Virus record (IMG/VR): IMGVR_UViG_3300049136_000131
Span: 5,323 to 69,322 of that record
Direction: 5' to 3' (one strand)
DNA from: a virus
Lineage: Duplodnaviria > Caudoviricetes
DNA length: 64,000 nt
A program made the translations under genes and the position numbers. The notes under the pieces are model-generated. The model searched no databases, had not been told where the DNA came from, and was given only the letters and a program-made list of their open reading frames with translations. Shown one piece after another: positions 45,423-53,256 of this stretch (its first letter is position 1; the number at the start of each line of letters is the position of its first letter).

Positions 45423-47648
45423 ATGGCGATCCCAGGGAACTTCCTCTCCTCGACGACGGAGTCCATCGACCCGAACACGAGCGGGTGGACACCGAAGCTC
45501 AATTGCACACTGAGCAAGGGTGGGGGTGGCCGGAACGGCGACGGCTGCCTCGCCGTCAAGTCGACGGTGGCGGGGGAGATGCAGGCCCGCACCGTCTCCT
45601 CCTACCCGGTCACCCCGGGCACTGTGTACTACGCGTTCGCGGACACGTCCGGGGTGAGCACGGAACGGATCGGCATCCGCTGGATGGCCGGGTTCACCGA
45701 ACTCGGCATCACCTGGTCCCTGACCACCATGGCCGCATCCTCGTCATGGCACCGCGTGTCCGTGGCCGGCGCCGCCCCGACCGGGGCTACCAGCGCCATG
45801 GTCATCGTGTCATCGACAGAGGCTGGCGCGGGCGCCCTGCACTACTGGGAGAACGTCTACCTCGGCCTGCCGATCCGCACCCAGGGCAACCTCCTCGGGT
45901 TCGGCACGGAGTCCACCGAGATTGACACGTCCGGCTGGACGCCCGAGGTCAACGCGACGATCTCCCGTCAGGTGCCAGTAGCCTCATGGTCCTCCACCTG
46001 GTACTACGCGGGCGGGCACACGCTGGCCATCACCGCGACCGCAGCGGGCAACGCGTCCGCACTGACAACGGGTCGGCCGCCGGTGACGCCCGGCAACGAG
46101 TACTTCGCCTACGCGTACCTGCAGCCGCCCGTACTGTCTGCGCAGGCGTGGCTGGAGCTTCGGTTCTACGATGCCAACGGCAACCAGGTCGGCGCATCGC
46201 GTGCCTACCTGGCGCCGCCCGGCACCGGCTTCTACAGGCAGATCCTCTCCGGAACGGCCCCAGCGAACGCGGCAACCTGCGGCATCGCTGCTGGCTTTGA
46301 CGGAGCGGGAGCCGGCCAGGTGCTCCGGATCGAGACGATCGTCGTGAAGACAGCGTCGCAGATCGTCGAGGGCACTGTCCTGCCCTACGTCAGCGGATCG
46401 TTCGAGCAGGACACAGGTGACTGGACCACCACGGCGGGTGCCGCAACGCTGGCCCGGTCGACTCCATGGGGAGCAGCCTCCTACATCGGCAACTACAGCC
46501 TGGCCCTGTCGCAGACGGCGGCTGGCTCGTCGACGATCCGCTCCCCCCTAGTGCCGGTGCCGGATGCGCCGGGCCTGAACTGGCGGGCGCAGATCGTTGC
46601 GAAGGTCGGTGCGGGAGCCTGGTCATCGGTCGCCGTAAAGGTGCACTGGTACGACGGCGTCGGCGGCGACCTGGGCAGCAGTCTGGGCAGCACCTATGCC
46701 CTGCCGTCCGGCGGCTGGTACCTGCTGACGACCGACGCGGTCGCCCCGCCGGGCACAGTGCAGGCGGCCGTGGAGGTCACTGCGGTGGCGTCCGCCGCCT
46801 CGTCGGTGATGCAGGTCGACGCGGTCGCCCTGTGGCAAGTCCTCCCGCTCACCGCCGTCGAGGCATTCCCGGACAACGGGTACGTCGGGCTGACCCTGCG
46901 GGAACTTCCCGTCGACTACCTGATCAGCGTGTACCGGGTCACCCCAGATGGGGCCCGCACCCTGGTCCGCGGCGGCGAAGGCCTCATATCGCAGCAGGCC
47001 CTCGCGGGCGATCTCTTCCTCGCCGAGGACCATGAGGCGCCGCTCGGCGTGCAGGTCTACTACTACATCGAGCTCTACAGCCAGCCCGGCGTCCTCGCCA
47101 CGACCCGCTCCTCCGACCCAGTTACGCTCACCCTCGCCGACTCCACCGAGGCGTGGCTGAAAGACCCCGGCAACCCGCAGCGCAACGTGCGGGTGCTGGT
47201 CGATAAGGCCCCGGACTGGCAGCGGCCCATCGAGCAGGCGAGCTTCGTGGTCCGCGGACGCCGCAACAAGGTCGTCCTCAGCGGGAAGCGTCAGGGCCTC
47301 GAAGGGGACCTCGCCATCTGGACCCGGTCCGATGCGGAACGGGAGGCGCTTCACCACCTGCTCGACTCCGGAAACGTCCTGCTGTGGCAGGCCAGCCCCG
47401 GCCGCGGCGTCAGCGACATGTACGTCAACGTCGGCCAGGTCACGGAGGCGCGCGTCAGCCCTCTCGCGCAGGAGCAATGGCGGGCCTGGACGCTGCCGCT
47501 GACCGAGGCGGACATGCCCACCGCGCTCGGAGTGAACGGCGCCACCGGCCGCACCTGGCAGGACGTACTCGCAGAGTTCGCCACCTGGCAGGACGTCCGC
47601 GACACCTACGCCACCTGGGAAGACCTGCTGTTGGACCGGCGGAGGTGA
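45423..47648 (+). CDS. tail protein with carbohydrate-binding repeats (Dit-like)
   Basis: Repeated CBM-like modules; C-terminal EAWLKDPGNP domain. Confidence 0.75.
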   Translation: MAIPGNFLSSTTESIDPNTSGWTPKLNCTLSKGGGGRNGDGCLAVKSTVAGEMQARTVSSYPVTPGTVYYAFADTSGVSTERIGIRWMAGFTELGITWSLTTMAASSSWHRVSVAGAAPTGATSAMVIVSSTEAGAGALHYWENVYLGLPIRTQGNLLGFGTESTEIDTSGWTPEVNATISRQVPVASWSSTWYYAGGHTLAITATAAGNASALTTGRPPVTPGNEYFAYAYLQPPVLSAQAWLELRFYDANGNQVGASRAYLAPPGTGFYRQILSGTAPANAATCGIAAGFDGAGAGQVLRIETIVVKTASQIVEGTVLPYVSGSFEQDTGDWTTTAGAATLARSTPWGAASYIGNYSLALSQTAAGSSTIRSPLVPVPDAPGLNWRAQIVAKVGAGAWSSVAVKVHWYDGVGGDLGSSLGSTYALPSGGWYLLTTDAVAPPGTVQAAVEVTAVASAASSVMQVDAVALWQVLPLTAVEAFPDNGYVGLTLRELPVDYLISVYRVTPDGARTLVRGGEGLISQQALAGDLFLAEDHEAPLGVQVYYYIELYSQPGVLATTRSSDPVTLTLADSTEAWLKDPGNPQRNVRVLVDKAPDWQRPIEQASFVVRGRRNKVVLSGKRQGLEGDLAIWTRSDAEREALHHLLDSGNVLLWQASPGRGVSDMYVNVGQVTEARVSPLAQEQWRAWTLPLTEADMPTALGVNGATGRTWQDVLAEFATWQDVRDTYATWEDLLLDRRR

Positions 47649-47651
47649 TCG

Positions 47652-48743
47652 GTGTACCCCGTCTCCGACCGGTTCCTCGCCCGGCTCGCCGAGTCGCACC
47701 GGGTGGCCACGCAGGTGCAGCTGTTCCTCACGACCGGCGAAGTCATCGACCTTGAGCACACGGGCGGCTCAGTGCAGGTCGACCGGGCGCAAGCTATCCG
47801 CCGCACCTGCACCGTCACCGTCGCTGACCCGTCACTGATCCCGCGCACCCCCACGGACCAGCTCGCCACCTACGGGGCGCGGCTGCGGATCGCCCGCGGC
47901 GTCGAGTACGGCGACGGCAGTCAGGAACTCGTGCCGCTCGGACTGTTCCGCCTGGACGACGTCGATGGCGACGTCAACGAAGGCCCAGTGACACTCCAAG
48001 GCAAAGACCTGTCCGCGATCGTCGCCGACGACAAATTCACCGCCCCCTACAAGGCCAGCGGCACCGTCGTCGGCGCCGTGACCGCACTCATCCAGCGGAG
48101 CATTCCGGACGCTGCCATCCTCAGCCGGATCACCGACGTGCCCATCGGCAGTCGTGTTTTCGACGTGGAAGCCGACCCGTGGGCAGGGGCGCAGGAGATC
48201 GCTGCCGCGGCCGGCGCCGAGGTGTATCCCAACGCCGACGGCGTCTTCGTCCTCGCCACCCTGCCCGACCTGCTCACCACCGAGCCCGTCTGGGCAATCG
48301 AAGCGGCCGAGGGCGGCGTCTACATCAGGGCCAGCCGCGGCATGAGCGCCGACGGCGTCCACAACGGCGTCTTGGCGCGCGGCGAAAACACCGCGGAGAA
48401 CGTAGCGCCCGTCCAATACCTTGCCGTCGACGATGACCCCAACTCGCCGACGTACTGGTCGGGGCCGTTCGGCCGGCGCCCCATGTTCTACAGCTCCTCC
48501 ACGTTGACCACGGTCAATGCCTGTGCTCAGGCCGCGAACCTGAAGCTCGCCGCCGCCAAGGCGCCCAATGCGACGGGCGACATCAGCTCCCTGCCCAACT
48601 CGGCGCTTGAGACCGGTGACGTGCTGCGGGTCGTGCACGAGGACGACACCCGCGAACTCCATCAGGCCGCCGCCTTCACCGTGCCCCTCGATGAGGGCGG
48701 CGACTTCCCGATCAGCACCATCTCGGCGAAGGAGGACGCGTGA
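47652..48743 (+). CDS. minor tail protein (DUF5047/Tal-like)
   Basis: VDRAQAIRRTCTVT..YGARLRIARG..PLGLFR. Confidence 0.75.
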   Translation: MYPVSDRFLARLAESHRVATQVQLFLTTGEVIDLEHTGGSVQVDRAQAIRRTCTVTVADPSLIPRTPTDQLATYGARLRIARGVEYGDGSQELVPLGLFRLDDVDGDVNEGPVTLQGKDLSAIVADDKFTAPYKASGTVVGAVTALIQRSIPDAAILSRITDVPIGSRVFDVEADPWAGAQEIAAAAGAEVYPNADGVFVLATLPDLLTTEPVWAIEAAEGGVYIRASRGMSADGVHNGVLARGENTAENVAPVQYLAVDDDPNSPTYWSGPFGRRPMFYSSSTLTTVNACAQAANLKLAAAKAPNATGDISSLPNSALETGDVLRVVHEDDTRELHQAAAFTVPLDEGGDFPISTISAKEDA

Positions 48744-49342
48744 AAACCTCCCAAGCCTCCAACCGCGACCTCGCCTGGGCAATCAGACAGCAGGCCAAAC
48801 GGACGGGGGAGCGATCCCCGTCGGTCCGCGGCTCTGACTGGCGCCTCGCCGTCGTCACCGCCGAGAACGGCGACGGCACCGTCGACGCCGACGGCATCGA
48901 CGACGTCCGCTGCATGGAGACCTACAGCCTGCCGGCCGTTGGCGACGTCATCGCCATCACCCAGTCCAGCAGCGGCAACTGGCTCGCCTGGGGCCGCACC
49001 ACCACGGTCGACCCGGACTGGGTGCCGCTCACCCTCGCGGCCGGATACACCAACCCCGGCCACGGCTACACCGCGAGCTACCTGCGCGAGGGCCGCCGGA
49101 TCTGGCTACGCGGACGCATCGGCCCCACCAGCGGGGCGATTGCCGACGGCGCGACCATCCTCACTCTGCCAGCCGCGATCCGGCCCACCTCTTCCATGGC
49201 ATGGGCTGTCACCCGTGACGCCGCAGTCGTGCCAGCCACGATCCGCGTCGAGATCGTCGGCGGCTCCGGCGTCCTGAAGACCTTCCAGTCCAGCAACCTG
49301 CCGACCTGGATCTCCCTCGACGGCATCAGCTACACCATCTAG
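48740..49342 (+). CDS. minor tail protein
   Basis: DWRLAVVT..PAVGDVIAI..GNWLAWG; fibre-tip-like C-terminus. Confidence 0.7.
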   Translation: MKTSQASNRDLAWAIRQQAKRTGERSPSVRGSDWRLAVVTAENGDGTVDADGIDDVRCMETYSLPAVGDVIAITQSSSGNWLAWGRTTTVDPDWVPLTLAAGYTNPGHGYTASYLREGRRIWLRGRIGPTSGAIADGATILTLPAAIRPTSSMAWAVTRDAAVVPATIRVEIVGGSGVLKTFQSSNLPTWISLDGISYTI

Positions 49343-49350
49343 GAGGCCCC

Positions 49351-49971
49351 GTGCCCACTCAGGACAGCTACGGGCAGGGCATCAATATCGCCGCGCTGAC
49401 CGACGCTCCTGACGCGTCCAAGCTGGCCCGCGACATCGTCAACGCGATCGCCCAGCGCAGTGTCATGCGGTTCGCTTCCGCCTCAGCCCGCAGCGCCACC
49501 CTCGTCGGCGACTACGCCCCGGTCGACGGCATGGTGACGCTGCTGCAGGACGTGAAGCGACTGGACGCCCGACTCGACGGCACCTGGGTCGCCCTGTCGG
49601 TGGGTGCCTCCACGTGGAAGACCATCAGCCCGGCATCCGGCTGGTCGCAGAATGGGAACAGCCAGGGCACCTTCCAGTACCGGCTGCTCAACATCAGCGG
49701 CGAGGAGTCCATCCAGTTCCGGGGTGGCCTGGCCCGGTCCTCCTACCCGACGAGCCCGCCCTCCAGCTACGTCGTCAACAACACGGCGCTGCCAAGCTCC
49801 GTTCGGCCGTCGACGCTGCGGACCGTGCTCATCCCCAGTTCCGACGTCAGCAGCGACCGGATCGCCCTGAAGTTGGACGTCAAGACCGACGGCTACCTCG
49901 AAGTCTTCGGGTTCGGCAGCACGACGAAGCCGCCGTGGATCGGCTTCAACGGCGTCACCGTCAGCCTCTAA
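49351..49971 (+). CDS. tail fibre/tip protein
   Basis: DSYGQG..LTDAPDA..VMRFASASARSA; WIGFNGV end. Confidence 0.7.
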   Translation: MPTQDSYGQGINIAALTDAPDASKLARDIVNAIAQRSVMRFASASARSATLVGDYAPVDGMVTLLQDVKRLDARLDGTWVALSVGASTWKTISPASGWSQNGNSQGTFQYRLLNISGEESIQFRGGLARSSYPTSPPSSYVVNNTALPSSVRPSTLRTVLIPSSDVSSDRIALKLDVKTDGYLEVFGFGSTTKPPWIGFNGVTVSL

Positions 49972-49985
49972 ACCATCCTGCCCAC

Positions 49986-50005
49986 GCCCCTGAACGGGGC
50001 TTTTT
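49986..50005 (+). terminator. intrinsic terminator between tail and lysis genes
   Basis: GCCCC-TGAAC-GGGGC-TTTTT. Confidence 0.6.
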
Positions 50006-50027
50006 CTATGCCCAGAAAGGGGGCCCC

Positions 50028-51014
50028 GTGGCCAGGACAGGCCCACAGAAGATCCCCGGCGCCAGCCAAACCTACTTCTACGGAACCGGCCGCTACTCCG
50101 GCTCCGACATGGAAGTGAACTGCGGCGTCGTCCACACCACCGAGGGCCGAAGCCTCCCCAGCTACAGCGGCGGAGCCATGGCCCCGACTGTGACAGGCGT
50201 GCCCGACATCAAGGCCAAGAAGATCCGCTGGTACCAGCACTTCGACGTCGACGAGTCCGCCCGCGCCCTCGCCAACAAGCTCGGCGGCGTGGCGACCAAT
50301 ACCGCGAACGCCTTCCAGATCGAACTCGTCGGCACCTGCGACGCCAAGAGGTCGACCGTGTGGGACGGCAAGCGGGCCGGCGTCGACTACATCTACTGGC
50401 CGGGCGCTCCAGAGTGGGCGCTCGCTGAGGTGGCGTGGCTGGTGCGCTGGCTGCACGACTACCACCGCATCCCTCTGACCTGCGTGCGCGACTGGCTCGC
50501 TTACGGCAAGGACCCGCGCCGGCCCGGCATCACGCCAGCTTCCTACGGGGCGAGTCCTGCCCGCATGTCTCATTCTGCCTGGCGCGCCTTCACCGGCTGG
50601 TGCGGGCACCAGCACGTACCGGAAAACGACCACGGCGACCCGGGCTCCATGAACTTCGCCCGCGTCATTCAGCTCGCCAAGGGCGAGCCCAGCACCGAGG
50701 AGGACCCCATGGCCGGCATCACCAAGCAGGACATCCACAACGCTGTGTGGAGCATCGACGGCATCAGGGCCGGTTCGACGGAGAAGAACCCGAAGAACGA
50801 GACGTGGCAGCCGCAGACGTACCTGAAGGGCACGTTCGAGAACACGGTGAAGATCCTGGCGGCGGAGGTGGGGCAGTCGGCAGCGATCGCCAAGCTGGCC
50901 CAGCTCGTCGGCTCCGACGTTGACACCGAACAGGTCGTCGCCGCCGTGGAGAAGGCCATCGCCGACGCCGTTGTCAAGGTCAGTGTCGACGTCACCGGCA
51001 CCGACGCCTCGTGA
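50028..51014 (+). CDS. endolysin, N-acetylmuramoyl-L-alanine amidase
   Basis: VVHTTEG, QIELVG, GHQHVPENDHGDPG zinc-amidase motifs. Confidence 0.88.
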   Translation: MARTGPQKIPGASQTYFYGTGRYSGSDMEVNCGVVHTTEGRSLPSYSGGAMAPTVTGVPDIKAKKIRWYQHFDVDESARALANKLGGVATNTANAFQIELVGTCDAKRSTVWDGKRAGVDYIYWPGAPEWALAEVAWLVRWLHDYHRIPLTCVRDWLAYGKDPRRPGITPASYGASPARMSHSAWRAFTGWCGHQHVPENDHGDPGSMNFARVIQLAKGEPSTEEDPMAGITKQDIHNAVWSIDGIRAGSTEKNPKNETWQPQTYLKGTFENTVKILAAEVGQSAAIAKLAQLVGSDVDTEQVVAAVEKAIADAVVKVSVDVTGTDAS

Positions 51015-51565
51015 GCGCCATCGACTACGACCTGGAGTTCCTGGAGGACGGGCGCCACATCGACCTGATCTCCATCGGCATGGTGTGCGACGACGGCCGC
51101 CAGTACTACGCCGTCAACCGCGACATGCCGGTACGGAAGATCCGCAAGCACAAGTGGCTGATGGAGAACGTCGTCCCCGGCCTGCCCAAGGGCAGCGGAG
51201 ACCGGCACAACCACGTGCCGAAGTCTTGGCTGTTCGACTACGCCGACCCGGTCGTGAAGCGGCGTGAGCGGATCGCCGACGACGTCATGGACTTCATCCG
51301 CGCCGCAGGACCGGACGTGCAGCTGTGGGCGAACTACGGCGCCTACGACCACGTCTGCCTCGCCCAGCTCTGGGGCCGCATGACCGACCTCCCCGAGGGC
51401 GTCCCCATGTTCACGCACGACATCCAGCAGGAACGCGCCCGGCTCGGCATCTCGTGGGACGCCCTACCGAAGCAACTCTCCAGCGAGCACAACGCGCTCG
51501 CGGACGCCCGCCACAACCAGACCGTCCGGCGCTGGCTCGCCGAACAGGAAGCGAGAGCATCATGA
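51011..51565 (+). CDS. DEDDh 3'-5' exoribonuclease (Rv2179c/RNase AS-like)
   Basis: DYDLEFLEDG..LISIGMV, AYDHVCL, HNALADARH. Confidence 0.85.
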   Translation: MSAIDYDLEFLEDGRHIDLISIGMVCDDGRQYYAVNRDMPVRKIRKHKWLMENVVPGLPKGSGDRHNHVPKSWLFDYADPVVKRRERIADDVMDFIRAAGPDVQLWANYGAYDHVCLAQLWGRMTDLPEGVPMFTHDIQQERARLGISWDALPKQLSSEHNALADARHNQTVRRWLAEQEARAS

Positions 51566-51915
51566 GGATCTTCGGCCGTGAACCGGCACTCATCATCGCC
51601 ACCATCTCGGCGGCCCTGTCGCTGCTGGTCACCTTCCAGTTCGGCCTGTCCGCCGAGCAGGCGGGCGCGATCGTCGCCGTCATCTCCGCCGTGTTCGCCG
51701 CAGCCACCGCCGCAGTCACCCGGCCCATCGCACCCAGCGCGTACACCGGCCTCGTCGCCGCCGTCGCAGCACTCCTCGCCGCCTACGGCCTCGAACTGTC
51801 GGTGGAGAAGATCGGCGCCCTCAACGCCGTCGTCCTCGCCGGACTCGCCCTCCTGACCCGCGGCCAGGTCTCCCCAGCCACCCCCGCGGCGTCGACCCGC
51901 CCCACGGGAGTTTGA
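51562..51915 (+). CDS. holin-like membrane protein
   Basis: IFGREPAL..four hydrophobic segments..RGQVSP. Confidence 0.75.
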   Translation: MRIFGREPALIIATISAALSLLVTFQFGLSAEQAGAIVAVISAVFAAATAAVTRPIAPSAYTGLVAAVAALLAAYGLELSVEKIGALNAVVLAGLALLTRGQVSPATPAASTRPTGV

Positions 51916-52341
51916 GTGCCGCGCCGTGTGGCCCGGCGGCTGGGCAGGGCCCTCGGCCGCCGCGGCGCGATCCTCGTCTGCTACGGATCGGTGTGGGCCC
52001 TGTACGGATCCGCCATGATCACGTCACCGCCCGCCGACAGACGAGGCCTGGCACCCCTCCTGAAAGTGATGCCCCTTGATGGATGGGGCTGGCTGTGGGT
52101 CATCACCGGCCTGGTTGCTGTCGCCGCCGCCTTCGCGCCACAGGGCCTCGACTGGGCCGGGTTCCTCGCCCTCCCCGTCATCGTCCTGCCCTGGACGGGC
52201 GCCTACATCGCGGCATGGCTCATGGGCGATTACCCGCGCGGGTGGGTCGCCGCAGCCGTATGGGCGCTCATCGCAGTGCCGGTAATTGTGGTGGCCGGCT
52301 GGAGGGAGCCACCCCAGGTGAAGAGAGTGAGATCGGAATGA
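51916..52341 (+). CDS. 4-TM membrane protein of the lysis cassette
   Basis: Hydrophobic helices; ends VAGWREP. Confidence 0.7.
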   Translation: MPRRVARRLGRALGRRGAILVCYGSVWALYGSAMITSPPADRRGLAPLLKVMPLDGWGWLWVITGLVAVAAAFAPQGLDWAGFLALPVIVLPWTGAYIAAWLMGDYPRGWVAAAVWALIAVPVIVVAGWREPPQVKRVRSE

Positions 52342-52691
52342 CGATGGACACCTGGGTGCAGGCGATTCTGGCCGTGATCGGTGCGGGAGGCGGTGTCGTC
52401 GCCGCCCGATCGGCACGCCGCACCAAGCGGCAGGAGAAGCGGGACGACTTCCTCGCCATCTCCACCCAGCAGGGCGCGGCCATCGAGCGGCTGGAGAGGC
52501 GCGTCCAACGGCAGGAGACCGAGGCGGAGAAGCAGCGGGAACGCATCACAGACCAGGATGAGGCGATCGGCTGGCTCCTGCACCGTGTCCGTTCGCTGGT
52601 GTCTCACATCAAGAAGACCGGGATGGAGCCGCCGCCAGCGGACCCGATGTCGGAGCGCGCGGCCCGCTACATCCACCACATCGACGTGTGA
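52338..52691 (+). CDS. TM plus coiled-coil lysis accessory protein
   Basis: N-terminal TM helix followed by coiled coil. Confidence 0.7.
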   Translation: MTMDTWVQAILAVIGAGGGVVAARSARRTKRQEKRDDFLAISTQQGAAIERLERRVQRQETEAEKQRERITDQDEAIGWLLHRVRSLVSHIKKTGMEPPPADPMSERAARYIHHIDV

Positions 52692-52706
52692 GAACTGGAG
52701 TGCGAC

Positions 52707-52880
52707 ATGCCCGAACCGATCCCGCTGCGACCGCGCCGCGACGACACCGCTGCGGACATGCGGTCCCTCGTCCAACTTGGCGAGGTGGAACCGCAGCCCA
52801 TCCCGGAGCCGGCCACGAACCCGTTCCAGGAGCCGGTGTACAACCCGCCCCTCGAACCACCCGCCGACGAACCTGCGTGA
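52707..52880 (+). CDS. small Pro-rich protein
   Basis: GGAG RBS; MPEPIPLRPRRDDTAADMRSLVQLG.. Confidence 0.45.
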   Translation: MPEPIPLRPRRDDTAADMRSLVQLGEVEPQPIPEPATNPFQEPVYNPPLEPPADEPA

Positions 52881-52881
52881 C

Positions 52882-52913
52882 AACGCCCCGCCGCCTTCGG
52901 GCGGTGGGGCGTT
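52882..52913 (+). terminator. terminator ending the late operon
   Basis: AACGCCCCGCCGCC-TTCG-GGCGGTGGGGCGTT. Confidence 0.75.
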
Positions 52914-52997
52914 CTGGCCTATCTGGGGCACGAGTTGGCGAAGCCACTGGACGCGTTACCGGTTGATGCGGGTATGGTGGTCACACAACTTCATGCA

Positions 52998-53067
52998 CCT
53001 CCCGGTGCGCAGGCCGCGGCTACTTCTTTGGGTGAACTCGCCGCACGCCGACTCTGATCTCGGGAGG
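52998..53067 (+). ncRNA. short Y-RNA-like ncRNA (about 70 nt)
   Basis: Terminal stem CCTCCCG/CGGGAGG; CCCGGTGCGCAGG, CGGCTACTTC and TGATCTCGGG motifs shared with the next RNA; upstream of Ro60. Confidence 0.7.
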
Positions 53068-53078
53068 CACAGCATCGG

Positions 53079-53219
53079 GGGTGCCCGGTGCGCAGGCGAC
53101 GGCTACTTCCACTGTTAATGGGGTGGTTGCGGGTTCGAGTCCCGCCGGAGGCTTAGCGGCCTCCGTAGCTCAATCGGCAGAGCACCTACGTACCGTCACC
53201 GTCTTGATCTCGGGCACCC
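53079..53219 (+). ncRNA. yrlA: YrlA-like Y RNA with circularly permuted tRNA-like domain (about 141 nt)
   Basis: Terminal stem GGGTGCCCG/CGGGCACCC; anticodon-like arm, T arm GCGGG-TTCGAGT-CCCGC, looped acceptor stem CGGAGGC/GCCTCCG, then D arm GCTC-AATCGGCA-GAGC. Confidence 0.85.
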
Positions 53220-53232
53220 CACTGCTGAGCTT

Positions 53233-53254
53233 CCCCTCCACGTGAGGGGTTTTT
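53233..53254 (+). terminator. terminator-like hairpin overlapping the Ro60 RBS
   Basis: CCCCTC-CACGT-GAGGGG-TTTTT ending 2 nt before ATG 53257. Confidence 0.55.
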
Positions 53255-53256
53255 CT

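Noticed and set aside
53129-53184. Functional tRNA-Asn gene or tRNA-based att site
   Set aside because: Arms are in permuted order, the acceptor end is looped and there is no CCA; it sits inside a Y-RNA stem next to Ro60
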